The notes under the pieces were generated by a model, which worked only from the letters and a program-made list of their open reading frames with translations, was not told where the DNA came from and did not search any database. A stretch of DNA of 62,894 nucleotides, filler included, from Nemertoderma westbladi (lineage: Eukaryota > Animalia > Xenacoelomorpha): NCBI GenBank assembly GCA_032718475.1. It is 3 parts of 3 records of this genome, joined end to end, with 100 filler letters (N's around TTAATTAATTAA, not from the genome) between each part and the next. Parts side by side here need not be neighbours in the genome. Positions count along the whole stretch, not along the records: positions 41,759 to 62,894 come from JAUCBJ010002680.1; 2 more parts are not named here. One strand, 5' to 3'. Of the stretch, positions 52,201 through 62,894 are shown piece by piece (position 1 is the stretch's first letter; each line of letters begins with the position of its first letter). Made by a program: the position numbers and the translations under genes.

Positions 52201-52987
52201 TGGAGCGGCTTGTGGGAAGCTCCAAACGACTGATGACCAAACTGATGAACAACCATATGGTCACGGAGGACGTACTGATGATGGTGTTAGCAAATTGTGA
52301 GGGGATTATTAATAGCCGACCGCTATATCCCGAGAACGACGACCCAGAATCACTGGACGTCCTAACACCAGCTCATTTACTCATGGAGAGGCCGGCGATG
52401 ATTGACATGCGAAGTGTAGATCCAGACGACATACATTCGCGTCAAAGTTGGAAAGTCGCCAAAGCAACAAGCGCAGAGTATTGGACAAGGTGGATACAAG
52501 ACTACCTTCCAACACTACATAAGAGGAGCAAATGGAGGAACAGTCACAGGGAACTGAAGAAGGGTGACTTGATAATTGTCACAGATGACACAATTATCAA
52601 TAACCAGTGTAGACTAGCTAGGGTAGTAGAAACCTACCCCGACGAGGATGGAAGGATTAGGTCGGTGGAAGTGAGGATCGGAGGAAAGTAGGGGCCAAAG
52701 ATAGGAAGACCTACAGGAGGGCAGTAGGAAAGTGTTGCCTATTGGAAGGGTCTCCTTAGAGTTGAGTCGTCCAATATATTGGACTGAGGGGGGTGGGAAT
52801 GAGGGCGAGACGCCTTCCCACACATAAAAACAAAATAGAAATAAACAAAATAATAAAATAAGTAGTGAGTAGAGTACAGAGTAAGAATATAAGCAAGGTA
52901 CACTGTATGTAGATAGTAGATATTAGTAGGTAGTTACAATTATGTACGTCGGAAGGGTACAATAACGTACCAATGTACCTAATTTAC

Positions 52988-53203
52988 GTACTGTAGAACT
53001 TGTGGGCACTGAGGGCGCCACGTGAGGAATTGGGGGTATGCACACATACTGCAGTAGAAGGGTACGCAGTACCGTAGAACTTGTGGGCACTGAGGGCGCC
53101 ACGTGAGGAATTGGGGGGTATGTGCACATACCGTAGTAGAGGGGTACACGGTACCGTAAAACTTGTGGGCACTGAGGGCGCCATGTGAAGAATTGAGGGG
53201 GGA
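52988..53203. repeat. ~81-bp tandem repeat (~2.6 copies) in the BEL 3' non-coding region
   Basis: GTA(G/A)AACTTGTGGGCACTGAGGGCGCCA recurs at 52993, 53074 and 53156. Confidence 0.9.
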
Positions 53204-54189
53204 TATCAGATGGCAGGTATGATAATAGCACAAGTAGGGGGGAACATAAAATAAAATAGAATAAAAATCAGGGCAAAATTGACACACAAAGGGGGATATT
53301 TGCACAAAGATAGATAAGAAGAAAGAGAAAGAAAGAGCAAGATAGGAGGGAGGCCATCATTGATTTAAACTAATTAAGACAATACTTAGTTATCTCTTAC
53401 CATCTTGAGCCTTTCTAAGGCACCACCAGTCTGGTGAGAGAGGAGAATCGTGATGGCGGAGAGAGCATGAAACGGGCGGGACCGGGAGTGACGAGTCGTA
53501 TCACCTCCGAGAGGGGGGGGGGGAGGAGGGGGGGTTAAGACGCGTCATGTAGACGAATGTATAATATATAATGTATATAATATATGATTATAATAATTAA
53601 TTATTATATATAGTTCGTATGTATATTATATAATATATTCTATAGTCAAGTACAACCTTTTTCCAATTAGCTACTGGGACTGGGGACTAATTGACTAGAA
53701 CAGCAGGACGAGACTTAGACGGATCCTACTGCCATGGTGCACACATGCGTGGGAACCGATAAGAGTGTGGAGAGTGACAACGAGAATAGGTGGAAGTATG
53801 GGAAAGGGGTGTTAGGGTGTGAGGAAGTTAAAGAAGTGCGAGATTCAAGTGTGGGGGGCGAGCACGGAGGAGGATGAGTCCCAAGGGACTGGTGAGAGAG
53901 GAAGGGACAGCAAGGTCCGTGAGGAAGATTTGAGGAAGGTTAGAGGAAAATTGTGTGAGAAGTGAGGGCAATGATCTTAAACAGTGACGCCAGATACCTT
54001 GGTACAACATAGCTCGCGATTGTACCAAGGATGGGTAGTAATAACAGACCCATGGGGGCCGGTCTGGAAAGCTGACCCCGAGAAGAAAACTCCACCCCAC
54101 ATCCAATATTAGATTGGATTCCAGCGGAATTGAAGCGCACTTAAGGTTGATGCTATCTTCTCACCGGGAAGATAGCATGGGGGGGGGAG

Positions 54190-54721
54190 TGTAAGCGGAT
54201 TCAATTCCCTACATTACCCACCCCAAAATGGGACCAGTGGCATTTTACCAATATAGTTGGCGATGCGAGATTACCAATAATAATCTCGCCTCATAACCAA
54301 CTAGGGGGGGGGGGGGGGCGATACACGCCATAAGCCACAGAGAGAGGTGAGAGGTCAAACCACCTCAGAGGGACAAACCAGCTAGTGAGGCTAGAAGCAG
54401 GGGGTAACACCAAGAGGGAGTGGCGAGGCGAGAAATAATAGTTAAGCCAATAGCGGGCAAGGAAGTAGATTGGGAGGATAGGAACGCATCCATTGGGTAC
54501 CAGAGGCCACACAGTAGTGTAGGGCTGCAACCAATATGTGTCAATTATATAATCACTCTAATTACTGATTTCCGGTCAGTTGATTTCCTCACAGTTGCAA
54601 ACCGGCATAGTCGGCCTTCGGCCAAAGATATTATACCGTTAGCCCAGCAGCCCAGCAACAAAGTGACGCGTACAATCTATTCCGGTCGGGATCTCACTGT
54701 CAACTCCACGATCCCGTCACA
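54190..54721 (+). repeat. 3' LTR of the BEL element (532 bp)
   Basis: Starts TGTAAG right after the polypurine tract GGGGGGGGGAG (54179-54189) and ends GTCACA (TG...CA). The 3' end is corroborated by the homologous end at 17890. Confidence 0.8.
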
Positions 54722-57700
54722 TTAAATGTGAAAACATTAACATTTATTATGTGTCAGGTGCCTCATATGTTAGATATGCCATGTTAGATAACAATCTCTT
54801 TAATTAAATAAAGTCTAATATTTGCGTCTACCCACAATTTGGAAATACAATCGATCTATGTATGTATAAATTGTCTTACATTACCTTAAATTGGAATGCC
54901 AGAAACTTTTAAATGTGCAATATCGTAATAATAATAGTAAGGATAAGATTAGTATAGTGTAATTCTCCGCTATAGGCCTATAGTAATTTAATCCGATGAT
55001 TACTATGATAGAACAATAAAACTATTTAATTTCACATCCCTCTTAGTTGCGTAATTTGACGGATTTAATTGTTATATTACTGTATTTCTGGTCTTACATA
55101 TATTACATATATATATATATATATTACTGGCTTCCGACACACCAATACATTTGGAATACGGCCTTAGTATAATTCTAACCATACACTGATGGCTGCCAAT
55201 TAATTCTGACTTTGAGTCTATAAAATATATACTGTTGGTCGAATAAAATCATCACCTTTTATATGTTTTTATATTGAATTTAAAACAGAATGATGTTATT
55301 TGGACTTACATTTGTAATTAATTTCATGTTTGACTTCGTGTACACCGGTGGATAGAGGGGGCGATATATTCTCCGCGATCACCACCGGGCGAGCCATGGG
55401 GGGCGGGGGCAGAGGGGGCATCATGGAGCTGGGGATGTCGTAGAACTTAGAACCCCCTGGACTTTTCAAATCTTCGGTTCTAAAATACAAATATTTCATT
55501 GGTAATTTAAGAATATAATAACAGAATGATGTTAATTATTTGTAAAATATTACAAAATAAATAATAACTGTTCCACGCTTTTAATTCCTTTCCAGTACAA
55601 ATTGCATGTCTTTCAATCATTTGAATTTCCCGCGCTATGGAGCAGGGTGGCACCTTTTAGGGACTTGTAATTAACGTATGTCATCTAGAATGCAGAAGTA
55701 CGGTACCGTAGTTAGCCGCCGTAATTCGAAATTACGAAATATACGTTAGACATTTTGACTGTGCAAAGCTGTCTGCAGAGTATGGATTCCCACTGTCTCC
55801 TCGGTTTGCTATGCCTCCTTGTGTACTTACAGAGTTACATTTAACTTACAGTATATTACTGCTACCGCATTAGAATGAGAGTGAAGGGACTGCCTGATGG
55901 CGGTACCGGTACACGTATCATATCATATACTTTCAGTTCAGATTATACTGTAACTATTACAGTACGCTATCACAGACCGTTGCATCAACCAATCGTTGCA
56001 TATTCATCTTCGCGTAGCCTAACCTCGCGATACATGGCTAGCCCCCAACCCATCGCTACTCGATTGACTGCTGTTACCTACCAACCAACAGCGATGCTTG
56101 CCTAGCCCTCCGGTTACTACCCTTTTCCCCTCCTCGTAGAAGAAGGTATAATAATTATGTATTTCTAATAAGGAGTACAGTACGCGACCATTTAATTTAA
56201 ACGCATTTTATTAGATTCCTAAAAATTGAGAAAATCAAACCTTTGAGTCGGTTTTCTCGACCAGATATTATGTCAATATATATAGCAGCAAGTGGATATA
56301 TTTATTTATCGATAAAGTCCGAAATACATTTACTCTCGCGGTTCCATTAGATAATTCAATTGTATGCTGTTCGAGGAATAAAATATGCTGCTCTTTCAGC
56401 GGGCTCCTAAATACTGATTTATTTTGAAGTAATTCAGCATGGCAAACATCATTTAAATCGAGCAATAATATGACTTTAATTAAATTACTGTATATTAATA
56501 CTAAAAGTATAAATTCCACAATAAAGTACAATTTACTATTACCTACATATACTTATAATGTACTACTGTTTATAAAGTTCAAGTATACATTTTAATGAGG
56601 TTCACACTACACAGTTCCACCAACACGTACTTATTAATATCTGTCGAATTGTTTGCCTTTGTGGGATGGCAAGGATACATTACTATTTGATGGGTCTATG
56701 ATGTTGGTAGTTGGCCTAACTGTTTGTGGAACAAGACCCCCAACTACTGTATATTTCCGATTGATGCTTGAAATCTATTTGTAATTTGCAAGCTCTCCAA
56801 AACGAAAAATATTAACCTCATTGGGGCTCGAACCCGGTACATACTGTATTGTAGGTTTCAAACTTCCGGTTATCATCACCCGGGTGTGTGTGTCTATGAC
56901 CTCACTAGCTATTAAAGATAGATGAATAATTTGTATGGATGGAGAGTGTTATCGTACAGTACTAAACACCTAAAACAATTCATTATTTTTTAAATCGGTT
57001 TGCCAGCCCGGAATGTAAGATCCATACCGTTGTTATACCGATACCATATCTATACATGTCGATGCATACCAAGTATCCACCCCCTTGGCTCTACGCCTGT
57101 GTCCTTCACTTCCACGAATAACTTAAGATACGAAGATTTGAAGATTACGTAGAAATAATGCAGGCATAGAATAATATGTTACATACATAGTAGCAGATAG
57201 ATTTCTTATGATGACGGGGTGGTTTAAATATTTGAGAGATAAGTTTTTCTGTCTCACAATAGCGTTATTGTAATGGAAATTCCCTATCTTATACACGGCC
57301 ATCGTTTTAAATCTTTAGATACGATTGAATAATGAATAAATAATAATAATAAATATATATATGCCCTGCCATAATCATTAGGTAAATACCAACATCACTC
57401 ACTATATTATGTAGACTTTGATACCTCAGCCGTTGTACTATAAGGATATTATTAATCCGATGTCTAATTTCTATACATAGCTGATTATTTTAATGCAGAT
57501 AAAAGTAGTACGAAAAATTATTTGAACAGATTTTTTCAGTCTGAAATAATTTTTAGTTATCAGTACAAAAATAGCGGCTTTGCTTTACCATGCCATACTA
57601 TCATCGTTCGTAGTAAAAAGCGCTAAAAAATAGTGTCTCCGTCAATTTTGTACCAGTAACACCACCACTATTCTTCAACCTTACAGTAGAGTACAGTAAG

Positions 57701-57949
57701 TGCCCCCCCCCCCCCCCCCCCCCACGGCGGATGCAAAACGTGCAATATTACAGAAGAACCCTTCTAGCTCAACTATTGCCAATCCAAATTCGTAACTTTA
57801 CATATTTGGAATCCCTGAATGACCAGTTTCTATCGGTTTCAGAAAATCACCTTATACGCCCTAAGGTTAAAGTTGAAGATAACCTTGGTGAAACTGGTGT
57901 AAGTAATAATAGACGGAAACGTTTCTTTAACTTATTTTCCCCTTAAGAC

Positions 57950-58975
57950 TGCCAAAGCACAAGAGCAGAAGAGGCGGCCAAAGCAATGCCCTGCGAAGCG
58001 GACGTAGGCGGTTCTGTTCACGTTTCAAGCTTACGGGACCAATGAGACACCTCCAATGCTGTATAGTTTCGGATTGGAGATGTGTGCAGTGCATCGTACT
58101 TGAAAAAGAGTGAACCCGGCGTAGCATTGTGTAATATATGTGCCATTGAGAGATTTCAGCAGCTCCAGTATCTTAGACAGGCCATTCAATGCTACACGTG
58201 CCATTTTCGTATTTCGTATTTGAAGGTTCTACGGAGTTCCGGATCCATCATTCCAGGTTGGAGAAATTATTAACATGCTCAAGCACACCTTCCGTAGAGT
58301 TTATGCTTATATCATCAGTCTTTTTCTGAGAACTGTCGAAATTAGCTGTCAAAGAAGGTAACAAAAATGCCAACACGAAAAGCATCCTGATCTAACTCCC
58401 TTACCCCTATGGAGTTAGAGCAGGCTGTGATAGGGGCCTACTCCTAAGTCATCAGCATTTCAGCGAAGTCTAGATCAGTTAGGTACTTGGCAGGATTTCC
58501 TCGACTTCTGGAACAAGTAGGTGGAGTTATCATCACCCCATCATCATTATGATGATCTAAGGACATGCTTAGAACATATTCAACTACAATTATGAATGAG
58601 AATGGCGCATGCGTGTCTCCCTGAAGAACTGCCCATAACACTTCAAATGGATCTGTGTGTCCGTCAACAGTAGACACAAATGTTGTCGAACCATCGTATG
58701 CTGATCTGATTGCTGCAATAATTTCTTCAGAAATCCCATATAATGAAAGTATGCTGAATATACGTGAGCGAAAAATTGAATCGAAGGCCTTAAAGAAGTC
58801 AACAAAATGACAGCCAAATCCCTGTCTTTCTTATTTTTCTTCAATTATCCATCTAAAAGCTAGAATTTGGGCTCCATAATGCCATGACCTTTGCGGAACC
58901 CATTCTGATTTGCACCCATTCCATGATTTAGCAGTCTTGCAATGGAATCCGTGATGCGATTTAATATAATTCTAT
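57950..58975 (-). mobile_element. Second, more decayed copy of the same RTE-like LINE
   Basis: Long near-identity to 47899-48875 (e.g. AAGTCTAGATCAGTTAGGTACTTGGCAGGATTTCCTCGACTTCTGGA). Peptide VLQGDTHAPFSF...YLTDLDFA, with several indels. Confidence 0.9.
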
Positions 58976-59176
58976 GGTTTTTGGTTAAAAATTATCGCCA
59001 AATTTGGTAAGTTTATTGCTGAACACTTTAGGGTGGTTTCGTTTCTAGGGTAGCCAGCTTAGTAGTTTAGGACGGATCATGCCATATGTAATTATAGTTT
59101 TAAGGTAACGTTACACTTATTTAAGCTTCTTAATTACAGTAATTAGATAGACTCCTAATAACGAAATAACCCTAAG

Positions 59177-59523
59177 ATGGCTCATTCAAATATTGATGAC
59201 ATGGGGAAAAAGGCTGTTCTTCAAAACTACCTTGCTTTGGAACCCAAAGATCCAAAAGTCCAAGTTATGTACGTTTGGATTGACGGAACCGGTGAAGGTT
59301 TGCGGTGCAAAACGAAAACTTATAATTCCGTTCCGAAGTCCCCGGACGAATTAATTATTTGGAACTACGATGGATCTTCGACGGGACAGGCGGAAGGAAA
59401 GAACAGCGACATGTTTATTAAACCCGTGGCGTTGTTCAATGATCCTTTCCGACGGGGTAATAATAAGCTTTGTATGTGTGAAGTTTATGATTACAAGATG
59501 GATAAAGCAAAAACAAACAACAG
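59177..59523 (+). CDS. GLUL: Glutamine synthetase (type II), coding exon 1
   Basis: Contains [31 protein letters not shown] and [15 protein letters not shown]. Phase-2 donor AG|GTAAAT at 59523/59524. Confidence 0.95.
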
Positions 59524-59859
59524 GTAAATCAATTACAATGCATTCCATTCATTTTGAGCTAACGGTGAAATATTATGATGAACGATAACTCTTTAGGTAA
59601 TCGTAGGTTCTGGCAGCAATAGATCTGTCACAAAACCTCCAAATAGCTAATATGATAATCTGCGACTAAACTGGAGGGCCTGCAACTTCATTACAGACTC
59701 CCACTGCGTTGGCGTTCAGATCCAACCATCTACTGTACACTGTAGCTTGTGGTATGCAGAATCACCTGATTTTGTTGGTATAAATATTTTGACAATTTCT
59801 ATTCTAAATCCATATTAATTTTTTGAACAGAGCGTTTTGTGCGAAGCTTAATACAAGGT

Positions 59860-60132
59860 TCCACCTTGGTGTAGTGGTTGCATTGAATTCACATCTCCCG
59901 AAGGTCGTGGGTTCGATCCTCACATGGGCCAGGGCAGTTTTCGTTTCGGCACGAATGCTTTAAAGGGACCAGCCAGGGCGCATCTCGGCCTTGCATCCTT
60001 AAGTGGTACCTAAATGAGTACTGGAGTTTCCTCTGGGGAGTAAAGTTCTGGGGGGACCGCACTGGAAATAAGTCGTCAGACTTTGTGCGTAATCGCTGGC
60101 CTAGTGGCCGAAGAAAATTTACTTTACTTTTA
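59860..60132 (+). mobile_element. tRNA-derived SINE with a Nin/Deu-like central domain, in GLUL intron
   Basis: A box TGGTGTAGTGG (59868) and B box GGTTCGATCC (59910). Central CTCGGCCTTGCATCCTT...TAAATGAGTAC resembles Nin/Deu-domain SINE cores. (TTTAC)n tail. Confidence 0.75.
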
Positions 60133-60153
60133 CTAATGAAAGTTTTATTTTAG

Positions 60154-60286
60154 GAGTACTTGCAACGAAATTATGGAAAGAATTAAAAGTCACGAGCCAT
60201 GGTTTGGCATTGAACAGGAATATACTCTGTTAGATAGAGATGGGCACCCATATGGTTGGCCTAGACAAGGATTCCCTGGTCCTCAG
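60154..60286 (+). CDS. GLUL: Glutamine synthetase coding exon 2 (gene continues beyond the window)
   Basis: Acceptor ttttattttag|G is phase-compatible with exon 1 (AG|G = Arg). It encodes [44 protein letters not shown]. Donor CAG|GTAAAG. Confidence 0.93.
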
Positions 60287-61137
60287 GTAAAGTATAGTGT
60301 TAGATAGAGATGGGCACCCATATGGTTGGCCTAGACAAGGATTCCCTGGTCCTCAGGTAAAGTATAGTGTTAGATAGAGATGGGCACCCATATGGTTGGC
60401 CTAGACAAGGATTCCCTGGTCCTCAGGTAAAGTATAGTGTTAGATAGAGATGGGCACCCATATGGTTGGCCTAGACAAGGATTCCCTGGTCCTCAGGTAA
60501 AGTATAGTGTTAGATAGAGATGGGCACCCATATGGTTGGCCTAGACAAGGATTCCCTGGTCCTCAGGTAAAGTATAGTGTTAGATAGAGATGGGCACCCA
60601 TATGGTTGGCCTAGACAAGGATTCCCTGGTCCTCAGGTAAAGTATAGTGTTAGATAGAGATGGGCACCCATATGGTTGGCCTAGACAAGGATTCCCTGGT
60701 CCTCAGGTAAAGTATAGTGTTAGATAGAGATGGGCACCCATATGGTTGGCCTAGACAAGGATTCCCTGGTCCTCAGGTAAAGTATAGTGTTAGATAGAGA
60801 TGGGCACCCATATGGTTGGCCTAGACAAGGATTCCCTGGTCATCAGGTAAAGTATAGTGTTAGATAGAGATGGGCACCCATATTGTTGGCCTAGACAAGG
60901 ATTCCCTGGTCCTCAGGTAAAGTATAGTGTTAGATAGAGATGGGCACCCATATGGTTGGCCTAGACAAGGATTCCCTGGTCCTCAGGTAAAGTATAGTGT
61001 TAGATAGAGATGGGCACCCATATGGTTGGCCTAGTCAAGGATTCTCTGGTCCTCAGGTAAAGTATAGTGTTAGATAGAGATGGGCACCCATATGGTTGGC
61101 CTAGACAAGGATTCCCTGGTCCTCAGGTAAAGTATAG
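60228..61137 (+). repeat. 70-bp tandem array x13 = last 59 nt of GLUL exon 2 plus first 11 nt of the intron
   Basis: TGGGCACCCA occurs at 60241, 60311 ... 61081 (period 70). Only about four substitutions are visible across the array. Confidence 0.98.
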
Positions 61138-61344
61138 TCTAACTATTTAAGTATTATATCAGTATATAGTATCGTATAAAGTAAAAAAATGACTACAGTA
61201 TAAGGCACTAATAAGATGCTAAGAAGGAATATTAAGGCACTTTGATTAGGCCTATAGATTACGTTAAAAAGTATATTGAGGGTATTTCCGGCCTAACGAT
61301 GTGCTTCAGCAAAGTACAGTACACTAGTTCTATGAGTAAATTAA

Positions 61345-62894
61345 CCCTATTAAACCCGGGGGGGGGGTCAATATGACCCCCCCCGTGGTTTTTTTATTAT
61401 AATTCTGAAACAAACGCAGTTGGGAATCTGAAATTTTATGACTTTTCCTAAAAATCTATTGTCTTCCTAGTAGTGAAAACCGTTTTCAAAAATATTGGGT
61501 ACTTTTCGAGTTATAGCACCATTTTTTAACCCTACTTTTGGCACTTTTTTTGAGACGTTTTTTGAAAATTACATTTCATTAAATATGAATTGTAACATCT
61601 CTATTTTTGATTTACACCGGTTTTTTGGTGTTAGAAATTTGATGGAATTCATATAAATTGATTTAGAAATTTCAAACTTGTTTTTTTCGGTGGGTGCCAA
61701 ATTTTGGTGCCAGCACCAAATTTTGAATTATGTCAATTTTGTAAATTGATTGTTTGAAACTTGTTTTTTACGCAATTGGGGTTTTTTGGGGTTCTGGATT
61801 CGATGAAATATATACGAGTTGCACCAAGCGTATCAAACTTGTATTTTTCGGTGCTGTGTGCAAATTTTGGTGCTAGCACGAAATTTTGAAAATTCATTCG
61901 ATAGATAAAATTGCTTGTGACAATTTATTTCTTGCGTTTTAGAGGTTTATGGCTGTTCTGAATTCAATGGAATAAATAATTATCGAACTAGACATCTCAA
62001 ACTTGTATTTTTCGGATGTGGGTGCAAAATGTGGTGCTAGCACCAAATTTTGAAAACCATCAAATATATCAATTGATTGTGTCACCTTGTTTCTTGCGTT
62101 ATACGGGTTTGTGATGGTTCTGAATTCAATGGAATCAGTAAAAATTTCATAAGAGTTCTCAAACTGGTATTTTTCGCCAGTGGGTGAAAATTGTTGTGCC
62201 AGCACCAAATTTTGGAAAATATGCAAATTTATCAGTAGATAGTATCACCTTGTTTCTTGCGTTATACGGGTTTATGAGGGTCCTGAATCCGATGGAATCC
62301 ATAAAAACAGCACTGGACATCGCAAACTTGTACTTTTTGGTGATGGGTACGAAATTTGGTGCTAGCACCAAAATTTGCCAAATTACGCCGAAAAATACAA
62401 GTATCAATGATCTGGCATATTAGAAATGTATTCCATTAGAATCAGCGCAATCGAAAACCTGAAAATGTGAATTTATAGCATCGTATAAGTGAATTAAAAA
62501 TTTTGTGTTCTACCTGAAAAGTGCTGGTTACTTGTTTTTTTCATTTTTTTCCTACGCAGAGAGGACTAAACGGCCATTTATAGTAATCATATCATTTTTA
62601 AATATTTTCCAATGTTTTTTGCACCCCAGAAAACCTGTATTGAAAAATAATTAGCCGAAAATGTAACTTTCAAATTTTGTGAAAATTGTGCACTACTTGT
62701 AATTTTGGTGCTGCAATATAACCACCCCAGTACATTTTTTCGAAAATTTTTTTTTTCGGTCGGATCCAGACAAGTGATACCTACGTACAAACAAAAAATC
62801 AGACGTTTTCGTAAATATTTGTAGATTTTAGAGGGGGGGTCAATATGACCCCCTCCCGGTATTTGTACAGCATTTTATAGCCCGGTACTAATAG
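61345..62894. mobile_element. Non-autonomous piggyBac-like element in GLUL intron, with internal degenerate ~160-bp repeats
   Basis: TTAA|CCCTATTAAACCCGGG at the left and CCCGGTACTAATAG (reverse complement CTATTAGTACCGGG) at the window end. GGGGGGTCAATATGACCCCC occurs subterminally at both ends. AAACTTGTA...GCACCAAATTTTG is repeated internally. Confidence 0.75.

Larger units (their letters stand above)
46250..54721 (+). mobile_element. BEL/Pao LTR retrotransposon, decayed; 5' LTR absent and RT core deleted
   Basis: Domain order: Gag DUF1759-like (LPPVESFKFDGSKPVEYLQF), zinc knuckle CHRCVVGGHWKDEC, protease LVDSGAAFT...TPFGWMLTGP, Pao RNase H region (IARIYDPLGL, LHMFSDASLEAYGA, YWTDS), integrase (H..H..CQTC, GVDMFG, YSDNGTNFVG, ERLV) and a DUF5641-like tail (YWTRWIQDYLPTL..RSKW). 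Many stops and frameshifts. The left boundary is approximate. Confidence 0.93.

Noticed and set aside
59860-59935. tRNA gene
   Set aside because: A and B boxes are present, but there is no convincing acceptor stem or cloverleaf and it continues into a SINE body and simple-repeat tail.

Overview
This is a repeat-rich animal (invertebrate-like) nuclear sequence made of three contigs (1-17894, 17995-41658, 41759-62894) joined by artificial N44-TTAATTAATTAA-N44 linkers, so synteny across the linkers is unproven. Host genes are the ECHDC3 3' exon, a KDSR 5' part cut off by an LTR fragment, an orphan terminal exon, intact intron-less MED27, FPGS and TMBIM6 (Bax inhibitor-1), and the first two coding exons of glutamine synthetase. 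Mobile DNA includes a nearly intact LINE RT, a decayed BEL/Pao element that lacks its own RT but holds an antisense RTE-type LINE RT, a second RTE copy, a Merlin transposase tail, P-, Harbinger-, Tc1- and piggyBac-like non-autonomous elements, and a tRNA-derived SINE. Tandem arrays have units of 17 bp (~10.7 kb), 40 bp (>3.8 kb), 70 bp, ~81 bp, ~168 bp and 10 bp. The strongest leads are: (1) a young LINE whose (CAT)n tail is fused to a huge strand-asymmetric 17-bp array with telomere-like polarity; (2) 13 tandem copies of a glutamine synthetase exon end plus splice donor; (3) an RT-less BEL carrying a stop-free LINE RT; (4) intron-less versions of normally multi-exon housekeeping genes. All calls were made by eye and no database searches were run.
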